Shown here: positions 9,283 through 17,425 of the stretch, one piece after another | Position numbering within the stretch: position 1 is the first letter of the stretch | Layout: each line of letters begins with the position of its first letter | Notes under the pieces: model-generated | Seen by the model: only the letters and a program-made list of their open reading frames with translations | Database searches by the model: none | Told to the model about the DNA's origin: nothing | Translations under genes and position numbers: made by a program | NCBI GenBank assembly: GCA_050250555.1 | Contig: JBFWOK010000002.1 | Coordinates: forward strand, 8,053-72,052 | Direction of reading: 5' to 3' | DNA length: 64,000 bases | DNA from: Limisphaerales bacterium | GTDB taxonomy: Bacteria; Verrucomicrobiota; Verrucomicrobiia; Limisphaerales; CAIMTB01

Positions 9283-9438
9283 TCAACGAAGGAGGAGCGG
9301 AGAATGTTTCACGCTTTCTTCGGGGCGTGTCGGGACTCCGATCAATCGCCGGCCAGGGACGCCGCCCGTCGAACTCCCGCAGCCGCTCGGATGATGTGCT
9401 CAAGCTGCGGTCGCGTCATCGGCGGCAAATCGTCCACG

Positions 9439-9888
9439 TCAGGAACCGCGTGCCGCCGCCGCCGAATCCACCCGCAATTTGGACCGACGGACGCCGATCG
9501 TGTGGCCTTCCCCTCGCAGGTGTTCCGCCTGGCGCTCGGGTCCGTACGGGGTCTTGGGGCTGAGCGTTCCGTTGTCGAGCGTGACGCGCCAGTAAGGCGC
9601 GAGGGGCTTCTGACCGGCGGCGATCTGTTCCTCAGCCGCGCCGGCGACCAGGTTGAAGAAGATGCCCGACATCAACGGACAGGTGAAGTCGGCCTGAAAT
9701 CGCCGGGCCAAACGGGAGCGCAACTCGGAGACCGTGAGAAGATGTCCCTTGGGAACCGCTGAAATCTCCTCGGCGACAAGCATCGGCGTCGGCAACAACA
9801 TCCTGCCTCGGCCCTTGGGGTCATCGCCCAGTTCGGGTTTCATCTCCGGTCGGAGCTTCGCGCTGAAGGGGACTTTGCCGGGTTTCAT
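9439..9888 (-). CDS. MGMT-family-like small protein (methyltransferase-like DNA-binding domain without an obvious active-site Cys motif)
   Basis: 149 aa. MKPGKVPFSAKLRPEMKPELGDDPKGRGRMLLPTP...TCPLMSGIFFNLVAGAAEE...PLAPYWRVTLDNGTL...QAEHLRGEGH matches my recollection of ~150-aa proteins annotated as MGMT family. Function is uncertain. Confidence 0.55.
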   Translation of the reverse strand: MKPGKVPFSAKLRPEMKPELGDDPKGRGRMLLPTPMLVAEEISAVPKGHLLTVSELRSRLARRFQADFTCPLMSGIFFNLVAGAAEEQIAAGQKPLAPYWRVTLDNGTLSPKTPYGPERQAEHLRGEGHTIGVRRSKLRVDSAAAARGS

Positions 9889-9996
9889 GCGGGGTGCGGG
9901 GCCTGGGCCTGATCGTTCAGCTCGCGAGGTGGCCGAAATCCTGGGTCGCGGACTTCGGGAGTCAAGGGGTCACTGGGAAACGGGTGTCGGAGGATT

Positions 9997-10812
9997 CTAC
10001 CCCACGGGCAAAAGGATTTCGGTCAGGTAGTTCTTCGGATTTCCCCGGAAGATCACTCCCGGCCCCTTCAGATAGATCTCGCGCGTCGGCAACAGAAGCT
10101 TCGCGGATCGCCGACGGACCTCGGCCAGTAAACGCGCGTAGGAACGGCCCAGCTGATCGTAGGGTCCACGATGCACGAGCGAGAGGCATTGGCCGCCAGG
10201 CAGGGTATGAACCCGGACTCCGTCCACGGATACCTCCCGGCGGATCGGAAAACAGGGCTCAAAATCGGCGTCGTCCTCCCGATACTCGCCATCGTAGTAG
10301 AGGCACAGCGCCTTGCCCGCGATGTGACGGCCGATCGCCTTTCCGAGCCGGCCGAAGCCCTCGCCGCATTCGCTGTACCGGCCCTTCAGCCGGATTCCGG
10401 CGACAAGGAGCGGTTCGATCGTCTTCTCCTCCACCGAAAACGTCCCGCCGGTCAGGAGATCCCGGGCCTCCTTCTCCCTCCGGATGATCTCGTTCAGCGA
10501 CCGCACAATGTCCCGATCCTCCGTGATCCGTCGTTGGAGCGTGGCCCTCTGTCGTTCCAGATGGCCCAGGATGTCGGCCTCGTCCTCGCAGTCCGCCAGG
10601 ACGGCTGCGATGTCCTCGATTGAAAACTCCATCGCGCGAAGACGCATGATGACGCGCGCCTTCTCGATCTTGGCGGCGTCGTAAAACCGATAACCGGTGG
10701 TCTCATCCACCGAACTCGGAAGCAGGATCCCCTTCTCGTGGTAAAACCGCAGCGTCTTCACGGAAAGCCCCGTGACCTGAGAGAATTCGCCGATGCTGTA
10801 GGACATCTTCAT
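9997..10812 (-). CDS. MerR family transcriptional regulator with C-terminal GyrI-like effector-binding domain (BmrR-like)
   Basis: 271 aa. N-terminal HTH YSIGEFSQVTGLSVKTLRFYHEKGILLP...TGYRFYD, a coiled-coil linker, then a GyrI-like domain (VEEKTIEPLLVAGIRLKGRY...EILLPV). Confidence 0.9.
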   Translation of the reverse strand: MKMSYSIGEFSQVTGLSVKTLRFYHEKGILLPSSVDETTGYRFYDAAKIEKARVIMRLRAMEFSIEDIAAVLADCEDEADILGHLERQRATLQRRITEDRDIVRSLNEIIRREKEARDLLTGGTFSVEEKTIEPLLVAGIRLKGRYSECGEGFGRLGKAIGRHIAGKALCLYYDGEYREDDADFEPCFPIRREVSVDGVRVHTLPGGQCLSLVHRGPYDQLGRSYARLLAEVRRRSAKLLLPTREIYLKGPGVIFRGNPKNYLTEILLPVG

Positions 10813-10927
10813 GCACCGCGCACCCTCCGGCTTCCAGCAACGGGAGGGTCAAGGCGATTTCGTCCGGTCGCCTTTCCCCACTCGACGCTGGCAATCGAGC
10901 CGAATTCCGGCAGTTTCCAGCCGGTTT

Positions 10928-12847
10928 ATGAATCGAAATGTGCCCCTGATCGTGGCCGGACTCGCCGTGTTGTGGCTGGCCACCACGCTTATCCCGCCCC
11001 GGGACACGGAGTTCCGATCCCGTGAATTCGGCCGGATCCCGGTGCTTCTGGAAGGCCGGGTTCAGCCGCTGGATTCGGTGGCCCGGAATGCGCTGCTCCA
11101 ACTGCGCGCCAAACAGTCGGTCCGCGTCACCGACGAGGCCACGGGCAAGACGCTCATCACGCTTTCGGCGCTGGACTGGCTCAAGGAGGCGCTCTTCCAG
11201 GCGGAAGTGGCAGACACCCGTCCGGTGTTCCGGATTGATCATCCCGATGTCATCTCGCTGCTTCGCATCCAACGCGAGGACAAGCACTTCTCCTTCGCGG
11301 AGCTTCAATCCGGCACGGAGGCGCTCGAACGCGAGGCCCGCAGGATCAGCGACGCCAAACTGAAACCGGAGCAGCAGACCCCGTTTCAGAAGGCGGTCAT
11401 GGACACCTACAACCGTCTGATCCTCTACCAGCGGATCAAGAACAGCCTGAAACCGGAGCGCGTCACGGAGTTCGGACCGGAGCTTGCCGCCTACGAAAAG
11501 GCGATCGGTCCCGGACGGGCGGCCGCGGAAGCCCAGCGCGATGGGAAGCCGTTTGATTCCTCGGCGCTCGACGCGCTCATCGGGCATCTCGGCAAGTACG
11601 ACATGGTGGCCCGCTTCGCCTACCCGCTTCTGGTCCCCGGGGAAACGCCAGGGCACGCCCGGGACGATTGGTCCAACGCCGGCGCGGCGCTGATGGAAGC
11701 CGCGCGGGACGGAAAGGTTCCGCAACCCTTGAAGCACTTCGCCGCGATGAACGACGCGTTCCGGGCCGGGAACGCCGAGGCGTTCAACCAAAGCGTGGGT
11801 GAGTACCATGCCTGGCTCGCGCATCACGGGTACCTGCCGGAGGTCGAAAAGGGACGGAAAGAATCCTTCTACAACCGCGCCCAGGCCTTCTACAAGGCGA
11901 TGGTCCTCTACATCGCGGCCTTCCTGTGCGCGTGCGTCTCCTGGTTCCACCGGAACGAGACGCTGCGCAAGTCCGGCGTCGCGCTCGCCGTGGTGGCGCT
12001 GGTCGTGCACACGTCCGGCCTCATCTACCGGATGGTCCTCGAAGGTCGTCCCCCGGTCACCAACCTCTATTCGTCCGCGATCTTCATCGGCTGGGGCACG
12101 TCCGTCCTCGGGCTTCTGCTCGAGCGGTTCTACCGGGACGGCATCGGAACGGTCGTCGGCGGCCTCACCGGCTTCGCGACCCTCGTGGTCGCCCACAATC
12201 TCTCCTTGGGCGGCGACACCATGATCATGCTGCGCGCGGTGCTCGACACCAATTTCTGGCTCGCGACCCATGTCGTGGTCGTGACGCTCGGCTACTCCGC
12301 GACGTTCTTCGCCGGGTTCCTCGCCATGCTCTACATCCTCCGCGGCTTCTTCACGTCGTCTCTCACCCTGGAAAACGCGAAATCGCTCGCTCGAATGGTG
12401 TATGGCGTGACCTGCTTCGCGATGGTCTTCTCGTTCGTGGGCACCGTGCTCGGAGGCATCTGGGCCGATCAATCCTGGGGCCGGTTCTGGGGCTGGGACC
12501 CGAAGGAGAACGGCGCGCTGATGATCGTCATCTGGAACGCGTTCTACCTCCACGCCCGGTGGGGCCGGATCCTCTCGGAGAAGGCGCTCATGGCGACCGC
12601 CATCTTCGGCAATGTCATCACCGCGTTCTCTTGGTTCGGCGTCAACATGCTCGGCATCGGACTCCACGCCTACGGCTTCATGGACGCCGCCTTCCGATGG
12701 CTGATCCTCTTCGACGTCACCCAGATCGCGCTCCTCGCGATCGCGCTCCTGCCGCTCCGGTATTGGAGGAGCTTCAAATCGGGGACCGGCAAGACCGCCG
12801 AAGTCGAAAGCGGTCCCGGTCTCATGCCGAAACCGCGGTCGGCCTGA
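10928..12847 (+). CDS. ccsA: Cytochrome c biogenesis protein, CcsA/ResC-type heme exporter (System II) with extended N-terminal domain
   Basis: W-rich heme-handling motif WGRFWGWDPKENGALMIVIWNAFYLHARW and multiple TM helices. The start is set at ATG 10928 (MNRNVPLIVAGLAVLWLATTL) because the longer ORF start at 10811 would overlap the divergent merR start. Confidence 0.85.
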   Translation: MNRNVPLIVAGLAVLWLATTLIPPRDTEFRSREFGRIPVLLEGRVQPLDSVARNALLQLRAKQSVRVTDEATGKTLITLSALDWLKEALFQAEVADTRPVFRIDHPDVISLLRIQREDKHFSFAELQSGTEALEREARRISDAKLKPEQQTPFQKAVMDTYNRLILYQRIKNSLKPERVTEFGPELAAYEKAIGPGRAAAEAQRDGKPFDSSALDALIGHLGKYDMVARFAYPLLVPGETPGHARDDWSNAGAALMEAARDGKVPQPLKHFAAMNDAFRAGNAEAFNQSVGEYHAWLAHHGYLPEVEKGRKESFYNRAQAFYKAMVLYIAAFLCACVSWFHRNETLRKSGVALAVVALVVHTSGLIYRMVLEGRPPVTNLYSSAIFIGWGTSVLGLLLERFYRDGIGTVVGGLTGFATLVVAHNLSLGGDTMIMLRAVLDTNFWLATHVVVVTLGYSATFFAGFLAMLYILRGFFTSSLTLENAKSLARMVYGVTCFAMVFSFVGTVLGGIWADQSWGRFWGWDPKENGALMIVIWNAFYLHARWGRILSEKALMATAIFGNVITAFSWFGVNMLGIGLHAYGFMDAAFRWLILFDVTQIALLAIALLPLRYWRSFKSGTGKTAEVESGPGLMPKPRSA

Positions 12848-12870
12848 CGCCTGTTTCAGGTTTTCCCCCC

Positions 12871-14085
12871 GTGACGTCTTCGGGATTCGCCACCGCCCTG
12901 CTCATCGCGGACGCCTTCGATGAGGGCACCCTGCGCGCCCGGTTGGAAGCGGCCCGGCGACGGCTCCCCGGCGAGCGGGCCGACCTCGCGCTGGTGTTCG
13001 CCAGTCCGCCCCTCCTCCCCAGGATCCGGGAAATCAATGAACTGATCCAGGTCCACGGCCACGCCCGGCTCCTCGCGGGATGCAGCGCGCACGGCGTCAT
13101 CGGACAACTCGAGGAGGTCGAGGACGGTGCCGCCCTCTCAATCCTGCTCCTGTCCCTTCCCGGCGCCCAACTGACCCCCGTCCGCGTCTCGGCCGAGGAC
13201 GTCGAGGAATCGACGGGCCCCGGATGGTGGCACGCCAAAACGGGAATCCACCCCGACGGCACCCGGGGCTGGCTCTTCTTCGCGGACCCGGGCGGCCTCG
13301 ATGCCGAGCGTTGGCTCCAGCAATGGAACGAAGCCTATCCCGGGACCCCCTGCCTGGGCGGATTGGCCGGAGGAACGACGACGCCCGGCGACCGGTGCCT
13401 TTTCCTGAACCAGGACGTCTTCACCGACGGCGGGATCGGGGTCTCGGTGGGCGGTTCCGTCCGACTCGAAGCGATCGTCTCCCAAGGGTGCACACCGATC
13501 GGCCGACCCTGGACCATCACGGGCGCCGACCGGAACTTCATCCTGCGCATCGGGAACGTTCCCGCCCTGACGGTCCTTCAGGACACCTTCAACGCGCTGC
13601 CGTCGTCGGAGAAGGCCCGCGCCAATGGCAACATCTTCGTCGGTCTGGCCGTTGACGAATACCGGGAGGAACACCGCCGCGGCGATTTCCTCGTCCGCAA
13701 CCTCCTGGGCGCCGACCCGAACCGCGGGATCGTGGCGGTCGGGGCGCAGGTCAGGGTCGGGCAGACGGTTCAGTTCCAATTCAGGGACGGCGCGGCGGCG
13801 ACGGAGGATTTCTCGGCGCTGCTCGCGCAGGCCCGGCGGCGGCTCGCCGGCCAGAAGATCGTGGCGTCCTGCCTCTGCAGCTGCGCCGGGCGCGGCCAGG
13901 ATCTGTTTGGTCGACTCCACCACGACACCCGACTCGTCCACGAGAATCTCGGGCTCCAGCTTCCGCTCGCGGGATTCTTCTGCAACGGCGAGATCGGCCC
14001 GGTGGGACGTCGGAATCACCTGCACGGGTACACCGCGTCCTTGGCCCTGTTCGTCGCGGACGCGTCGGCCTGCGCGATCTCCTGA
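12871..14085 (+). CDS. FIST domain-containing signal-transduction protein
   Basis: In-frame GTG at 12871, 24 nt after the ccsA stop. The upstream part of ORF 11926..14085 is out-of-frame overlap with ccsA. The C-terminal motif LAGFFCNGEIGPVGRRNHLHGYTASLALF is typical of FIST_C, and ADLALVFASP...LLAGCSAHGVIG of FIST_N. Confidence 0.8.
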   Translation: MTSSGFATALLIADAFDEGTLRARLEAARRRLPGERADLALVFASPPLLPRIREINELIQVHGHARLLAGCSAHGVIGQLEEVEDGAALSILLLSLPGAQLTPVRVSAEDVEESTGPGWWHAKTGIHPDGTRGWLFFADPGGLDAERWLQQWNEAYPGTPCLGGLAGGTTTPGDRCLFLNQDVFTDGGIGVSVGGSVRLEAIVSQGCTPIGRPWTITGADRNFILRIGNVPALTVLQDTFNALPSSEKARANGNIFVGLAVDEYREEHRRGDFLVRNLLGADPNRGIVAVGAQVRVGQTVQFQFRDGAAATEDFSALLAQARRRLAGQKIVASCLCSCAGRGQDLFGRLHHDTRLVHENLGLQLPLAGFFCNGEIGPVGRRNHLHGYTASLALFVADASACAIS

Positions 14086-14086
14086 A

Positions 14087-14249
14087 CCTGAAAACGGCGG
14101 CTACCACCACGGAGAACGCGGAGAACACGGAATGAGAGCGGGTCGCAAACGGAGTCCAGTTCACCTGACCAAGGACACCCACCACCCCTCCCAATCCCTC
14201 CGTTTCCGCGTGTTCCGTGCCTTCCGTGGTTGAAGTCGCCGTTTCCAGG
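14087..14249. repeat. CACGGAG-family long imperfect palindrome (~163 bp) immediately after the FIST gene stop
   Basis: The left arm cctgaaaacggcggctaccaccacggagaacgcggagaacacggaa (14087-14132) pairs with the right arm ctccgtttccgcgtgttccgtgccttccgtggttgaagtcgccgtttccagg (14198-14249). Confidence 0.65.
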
Positions 14250-14297
14250 CTGAATCCGGAATCCCAAGCCTCCGATCTATTGACACTCCGAAGTCCC

Positions 14298-14960
14298 ATG
14301 TCCGATTCCCACGCCGAGACCGACCCGGCTCCGTCCGCGGACACGTCCCAAAGCCGGGCTCCCGCCGCGTTTGTGCCCGACCGGACACTCCACAAGCCGG
14401 CTTCGTGGCTCGATCGACTCGACCTTCCAACCCTGTTCGGGAGGGAGGCGCCCTTTGAGGTTGAACTCGGCAGCGGCGACGGCTCCTTCCTTGTCGCGTG
14501 GGCCGGACGGCATCCGGATCGCGACTTCATCGGCGTGGAACGTTTACTCGGCCGGATCCGAAAGCTCGATCGAAAGTGCCAGCGCCTGGGATTGACCAAT
14601 GTCCGAGGCCTCCGAATCGAAGCGTCGTATTGCGTCGAGTACCTGCTCCCTCCCGCCGCGGCCTCCGCCATTCACATCTATTTCCCGGATCCCTGGCCCA
14701 AACGCAGGCACCACAAGAACCGCCTGATCAGCGGCCATTTCGGGGAACGGATCCGCGAGGCGCTCAAACCGGGCGCCCCGGTCCATCTTCGAACGGACAA
14801 CACGGATTACTTCGCCCAGATGCGGACCGTGTTCGACGCCTGTCCCGGGTTGCGCCGCGTCGAGACGCCGGGCGATTTGGCGGCTATCCTGACCGATTTC
14901 GAACGCGATTTCGTCGCCGCGGGCATTCCGACACAACGGGCTTCCTACGTCCGCGACTGA
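14298..14960 (+). CDS. trmB: tRNA (guanine-N7)-methyltransferase
   Basis: ELGSGDGSFLV (SAM-binding), the FPDPWPKRRHHKNRL signature, and TDFERDF. The start is set at ATG 14298 because the ORF-track start at 14217 lies inside the palindromic repeat. Confidence 0.9.
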   Translation: MSDSHAETDPAPSADTSQSRAPAAFVPDRTLHKPASWLDRLDLPTLFGREAPFEVELGSGDGSFLVAWAGRHPDRDFIGVERLLGRIRKLDRKCQRLGLTNVRGLRIEASYCVEYLLPPAAASAIHIYFPDPWPKRRHHKNRLISGHFGERIREALKPGAPVHLRTDNTDYFAQMRTVFDACPGLRRVETPGDLAAILTDFERDFVAAGIPTQRASYVRD

Positions 14961-14967
14961 GGTCGGA

Positions 14968-15486
14968 TCACACGTCGATCACCGGACCGCCGCCGCCGCG
15001 GTTGTCGTCGTCGTCCCGGGACAGACGCCGGCGCCGGGGATAGCCGGAACCCGGGGATTGCGGACTCGAATATCGGGATCGCGCGGGCACGGTGTTCACG
15101 CCGAGGGCGGCGCCGAGCAGGGTGGCGACGATGCTGATGACGGCGGCTCCGCCCAGGGCGGAGGCGAATCCCGCGACCTGGAACGGCTTCACGAGCCAAC
15201 CGACGAAGTACAGGAGCGCGGCATTGATGACCCAAAGGAACAGTCCGAGGGTCAGCACCACAATGGGAAGGCTCAGGAGGAGGAGGAGCGGACGAACGAA
15301 GGCGTTGAGCAATCCGAGAAGCAGCGTCGCCGTCAGGAGTCCGGTCCAGGACCGGCATTCGATTCCGGGAACGATCTGGGTGGCCACAAGGACCGCGACG
15401 GTGTGAACGGCCCATCGGGCCAGGAAAAGGCGCCAGGACGTCGAGGTCGCGGTCGAAATCGAGTTGGAGGTCGGTTCCGGGGTCAC
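14968..15486 (-). CDS. Phage holin family / DUF360 four-TM membrane protein
   Basis: GTG start at 15486 overlaps the upstream TGA (GTGA). VAVLVATQIVPGIECRSWTGLLTATLLLGLLNAFVRPLLLLLSLPIVVLTLGLFLWVINAALLYFVGWLV is the typical DUF360 pattern. The 335-aa track ORF is over-extended into the TPR gene. Confidence 0.8.
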   Translation of the reverse strand: MTPEPTSNSISTATSTSWRLFLARWAVHTVAVLVATQIVPGIECRSWTGLLTATLLLGLLNAFVRPLLLLLSLPIVVLTLGLFLWVINAALLYFVGWLVKPFQVAGFASALGGAAVISIVATLLGAALGVNTVPARSRYSSPQSPGSGYPRRRRLSRDDDDNRGGGGPVIDV

Positions 15487-17387
15487 GGTTGTCCTCCGGA
15501 TGAACGCTTTCTGTTCTCGACCAGAAACTTCTCGAGCCACGCTTCGTCCGGCGGCATCAGAAGTCGACCGTCGATCTTCGCTCCCAGGGCGATCGCCTCG
15601 TCGAAGCGACCGCTCTGGCCGAGGAACTCGACCCGGGCCAGTTCCCACGCCGCGCGTTCCTGGGGTCCCAGGCGGGCGGGATCCAACTGGGCGAGGATCA
15701 CCGAGGCCTCCGCGGTTCGCGAGTTCTGGAGAAGCGCGGCCGCGTGGTTGATGACGGCGCCGGCCGAACTCGACTTCGAGCTCACTCGGGCCCCATGGAG
15801 GCGCATGCTCAGGGTCAACGCCTCCGCGGGGGATTCGCGCTTCAGGAGCATCAGGCCGAGTTTCATGTTCAATGCCACCACGCTCTCCGGCTGCAGTTTC
15901 AGCAGGGCGGCCGTTCCGCGTTCCAACGTCGCGACATCCCGCCGTCCCTGCGCCGCGATCAAAACCTGCATCCAAAAATCCGGCTGCTTCTCGAGGAGCG
16001 GCTCGATCCGGTTCAGCAGCGTGGCCGATGTCTCGAACTCCCCGACCCGGATCAGGCCTGAGGCGAGCCTCAACGCGACATAGGGGTTCGCAATCCGCGC
16101 CTCCTCCAGGCGCTTCAAATAGGTCCGCGCGCTGGTGTTCCGGTTCTCGGACAGATCGGCGACGGCGTCGGCGAACCAGGTCATCGCGTACACATCATCG
16201 CGCCCCGAGGCGTTCCCTCGCAACGAGACTGCCAATCGACGGACGTCGTCCCAGAGCCGGCGTTCCATCAGCAGATCGAAGTAGACCGCCAGCACTTCGT
16301 AGGCCATGCCGTAGCGCTGGGAGTTTTCCCTGAACATCTCGACCGCCAGATCGCCCAGCCCCAGGTCGGACCAGGCCCGGGCGAGTTGCACCGCTTCCAT
16401 CGCGGTCGGGGGAGGCACGGGTCGAAACTCACGGGCCGCCTTGCGCGCCTCTTCGATCCGATCGTGACGGGCCATCAATCCCCAAAGGACCGCCTCGTCC
16501 ACCACCATCGTGGATTCCAGTTCGCGCAGGACCGCCAAACCCCGCTCGTACTCGGCCGGATCATCGCGCCGCGCCGCCGCGGAGCACAGCAACCGCGCCG
16601 CCTCCAGGCGGCGGGCGGGATCCGCGAGCGCGGATCGCAGTTTCCCAAGGGCGTCGACCGCGACCGACGGAGGGCCGGACGCATCGAGCGCCGCGCGGAC
16701 CAGGGCGATTTCGGGATCCCGCTCCAGGCGGGCGGCCGATCCCTTCCATCGGGCCTCGAATGCGGCGAACTGGCCCGCCGCGAACAGGGCGCGCAACCAC
16801 GCCGATTCTTCGTCCTCCGTGAACTCCTTCTCCCATCGCCGGAGCAGGTCCAAGGCGACCTCCGGAAGGCGGTGCCGGATCAGCACGTTCGCCACGAGCG
16901 TCGCATCCAAGCGATTCGTCTCCGTCAGTTCCAGGAGGTACTCGCTGCTGAACAGGGCGTGGTTCAGGTTCGCCGAATGAACCCAGGGCGCGTCCCGCAA
17001 CATTTCCAGGGCGCCGCGATGGGAGCTCGCGTCGGCGAGGTTGTTCGCGATGGCCGAACGCCAGGCCACGAGGGCTTCCTCCCAGCGGCCGGCCGCGACT
17101 TCATTGGCCGCCGTTCGGCGGAGGTTCCACGCCTGGACGCGGTCCAGCAGACTCACGCGGATGACCCGGGAAAAATGAGGCGGCGCCGGGTTCCAGACTT
17201 TCGGAACCATCACGGCGACGCCGATGCCGCAGACCCCCAGTGCCGCGATGGCCACCATGAAGGCCGGCTCATGAACCAGGTGGCGAAGGAACCCGTTGGT
17301 TTGGAGTTGCTCCTGCCAGCCGTTCCGGACCTCGGCCCACCACCGGCGAATCCCCTTCAGTTCCTCGAAATCCTGGTTGTCTTGCAT
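15483..17387 (-). CDS. Membrane-anchored TPR-like repeat protein (paralog 1)
   Basis: 634 aa. N-terminal TM (FMVAIAALGVCGIGVAVMV) followed by an Ala/Leu/Arg-rich helical-repeat region. Clearly paralogous to the next gene (VSLLDRVQAWNLRRTAANEVAAGRWEEALVAWRSAIANN versus VSAMDLVQAWSLRRSALRAEAVGRSEVALLAWRGALANN). Confidence 0.75.
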   Translation of the reverse strand: MQDNQDFEELKGIRRWWAEVRNGWQEQLQTNGFLRHLVHEPAFMVAIAALGVCGIGVAVMVPKVWNPAPPHFSRVIRVSLLDRVQAWNLRRTAANEVAAGRWEEALVAWRSAIANNLADASSHRGALEMLRDAPWVHSANLNHALFSSEYLLELTETNRLDATLVANVLIRHRLPEVALDLLRRWEKEFTEDEESAWLRALFAAGQFAAFEARWKGSAARLERDPEIALVRAALDASGPPSVAVDALGKLRSALADPARRLEAARLLCSAAARRDDPAEYERGLAVLRELESTMVVDEAVLWGLMARHDRIEEARKAAREFRPVPPPTAMEAVQLARAWSDLGLGDLAVEMFRENSQRYGMAYEVLAVYFDLLMERRLWDDVRRLAVSLRGNASGRDDVYAMTWFADAVADLSENRNTSARTYLKRLEEARIANPYVALRLASGLIRVGEFETSATLLNRIEPLLEKQPDFWMQVLIAAQGRRDVATLERGTAALLKLQPESVVALNMKLGLMLLKRESPAEALTLSMRLHGARVSSKSSSAGAVINHAAALLQNSRTAEASVILAQLDPARLGPQERAAWELARVEFLGQSGRFDEAIALGAKIDGRLLMPPDEAWLEKFLVENRKRSSGGQP

Positions 17388-17425
17388 GGTCGTTCCTCAG
17401 GGGATCGCCTTTTCCACGATTCCGT

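Noticed and set aside
10703-12667. 654-aa minus-strand ORF
   Set aside because: It is antisense to ccsA, which has the diagnostic W-rich motif and TM helices. Its composition is dominated by Arg/Glu/Gly/His/Asp runs.
14968-15486. Prophage lysis cassette (holin)
   Set aside because: DUF360/holin-family membrane proteins are widespread outside phages. No endolysin, spanin or other phage genes are nearby, and the gene is coupled to a TPR protein gene.
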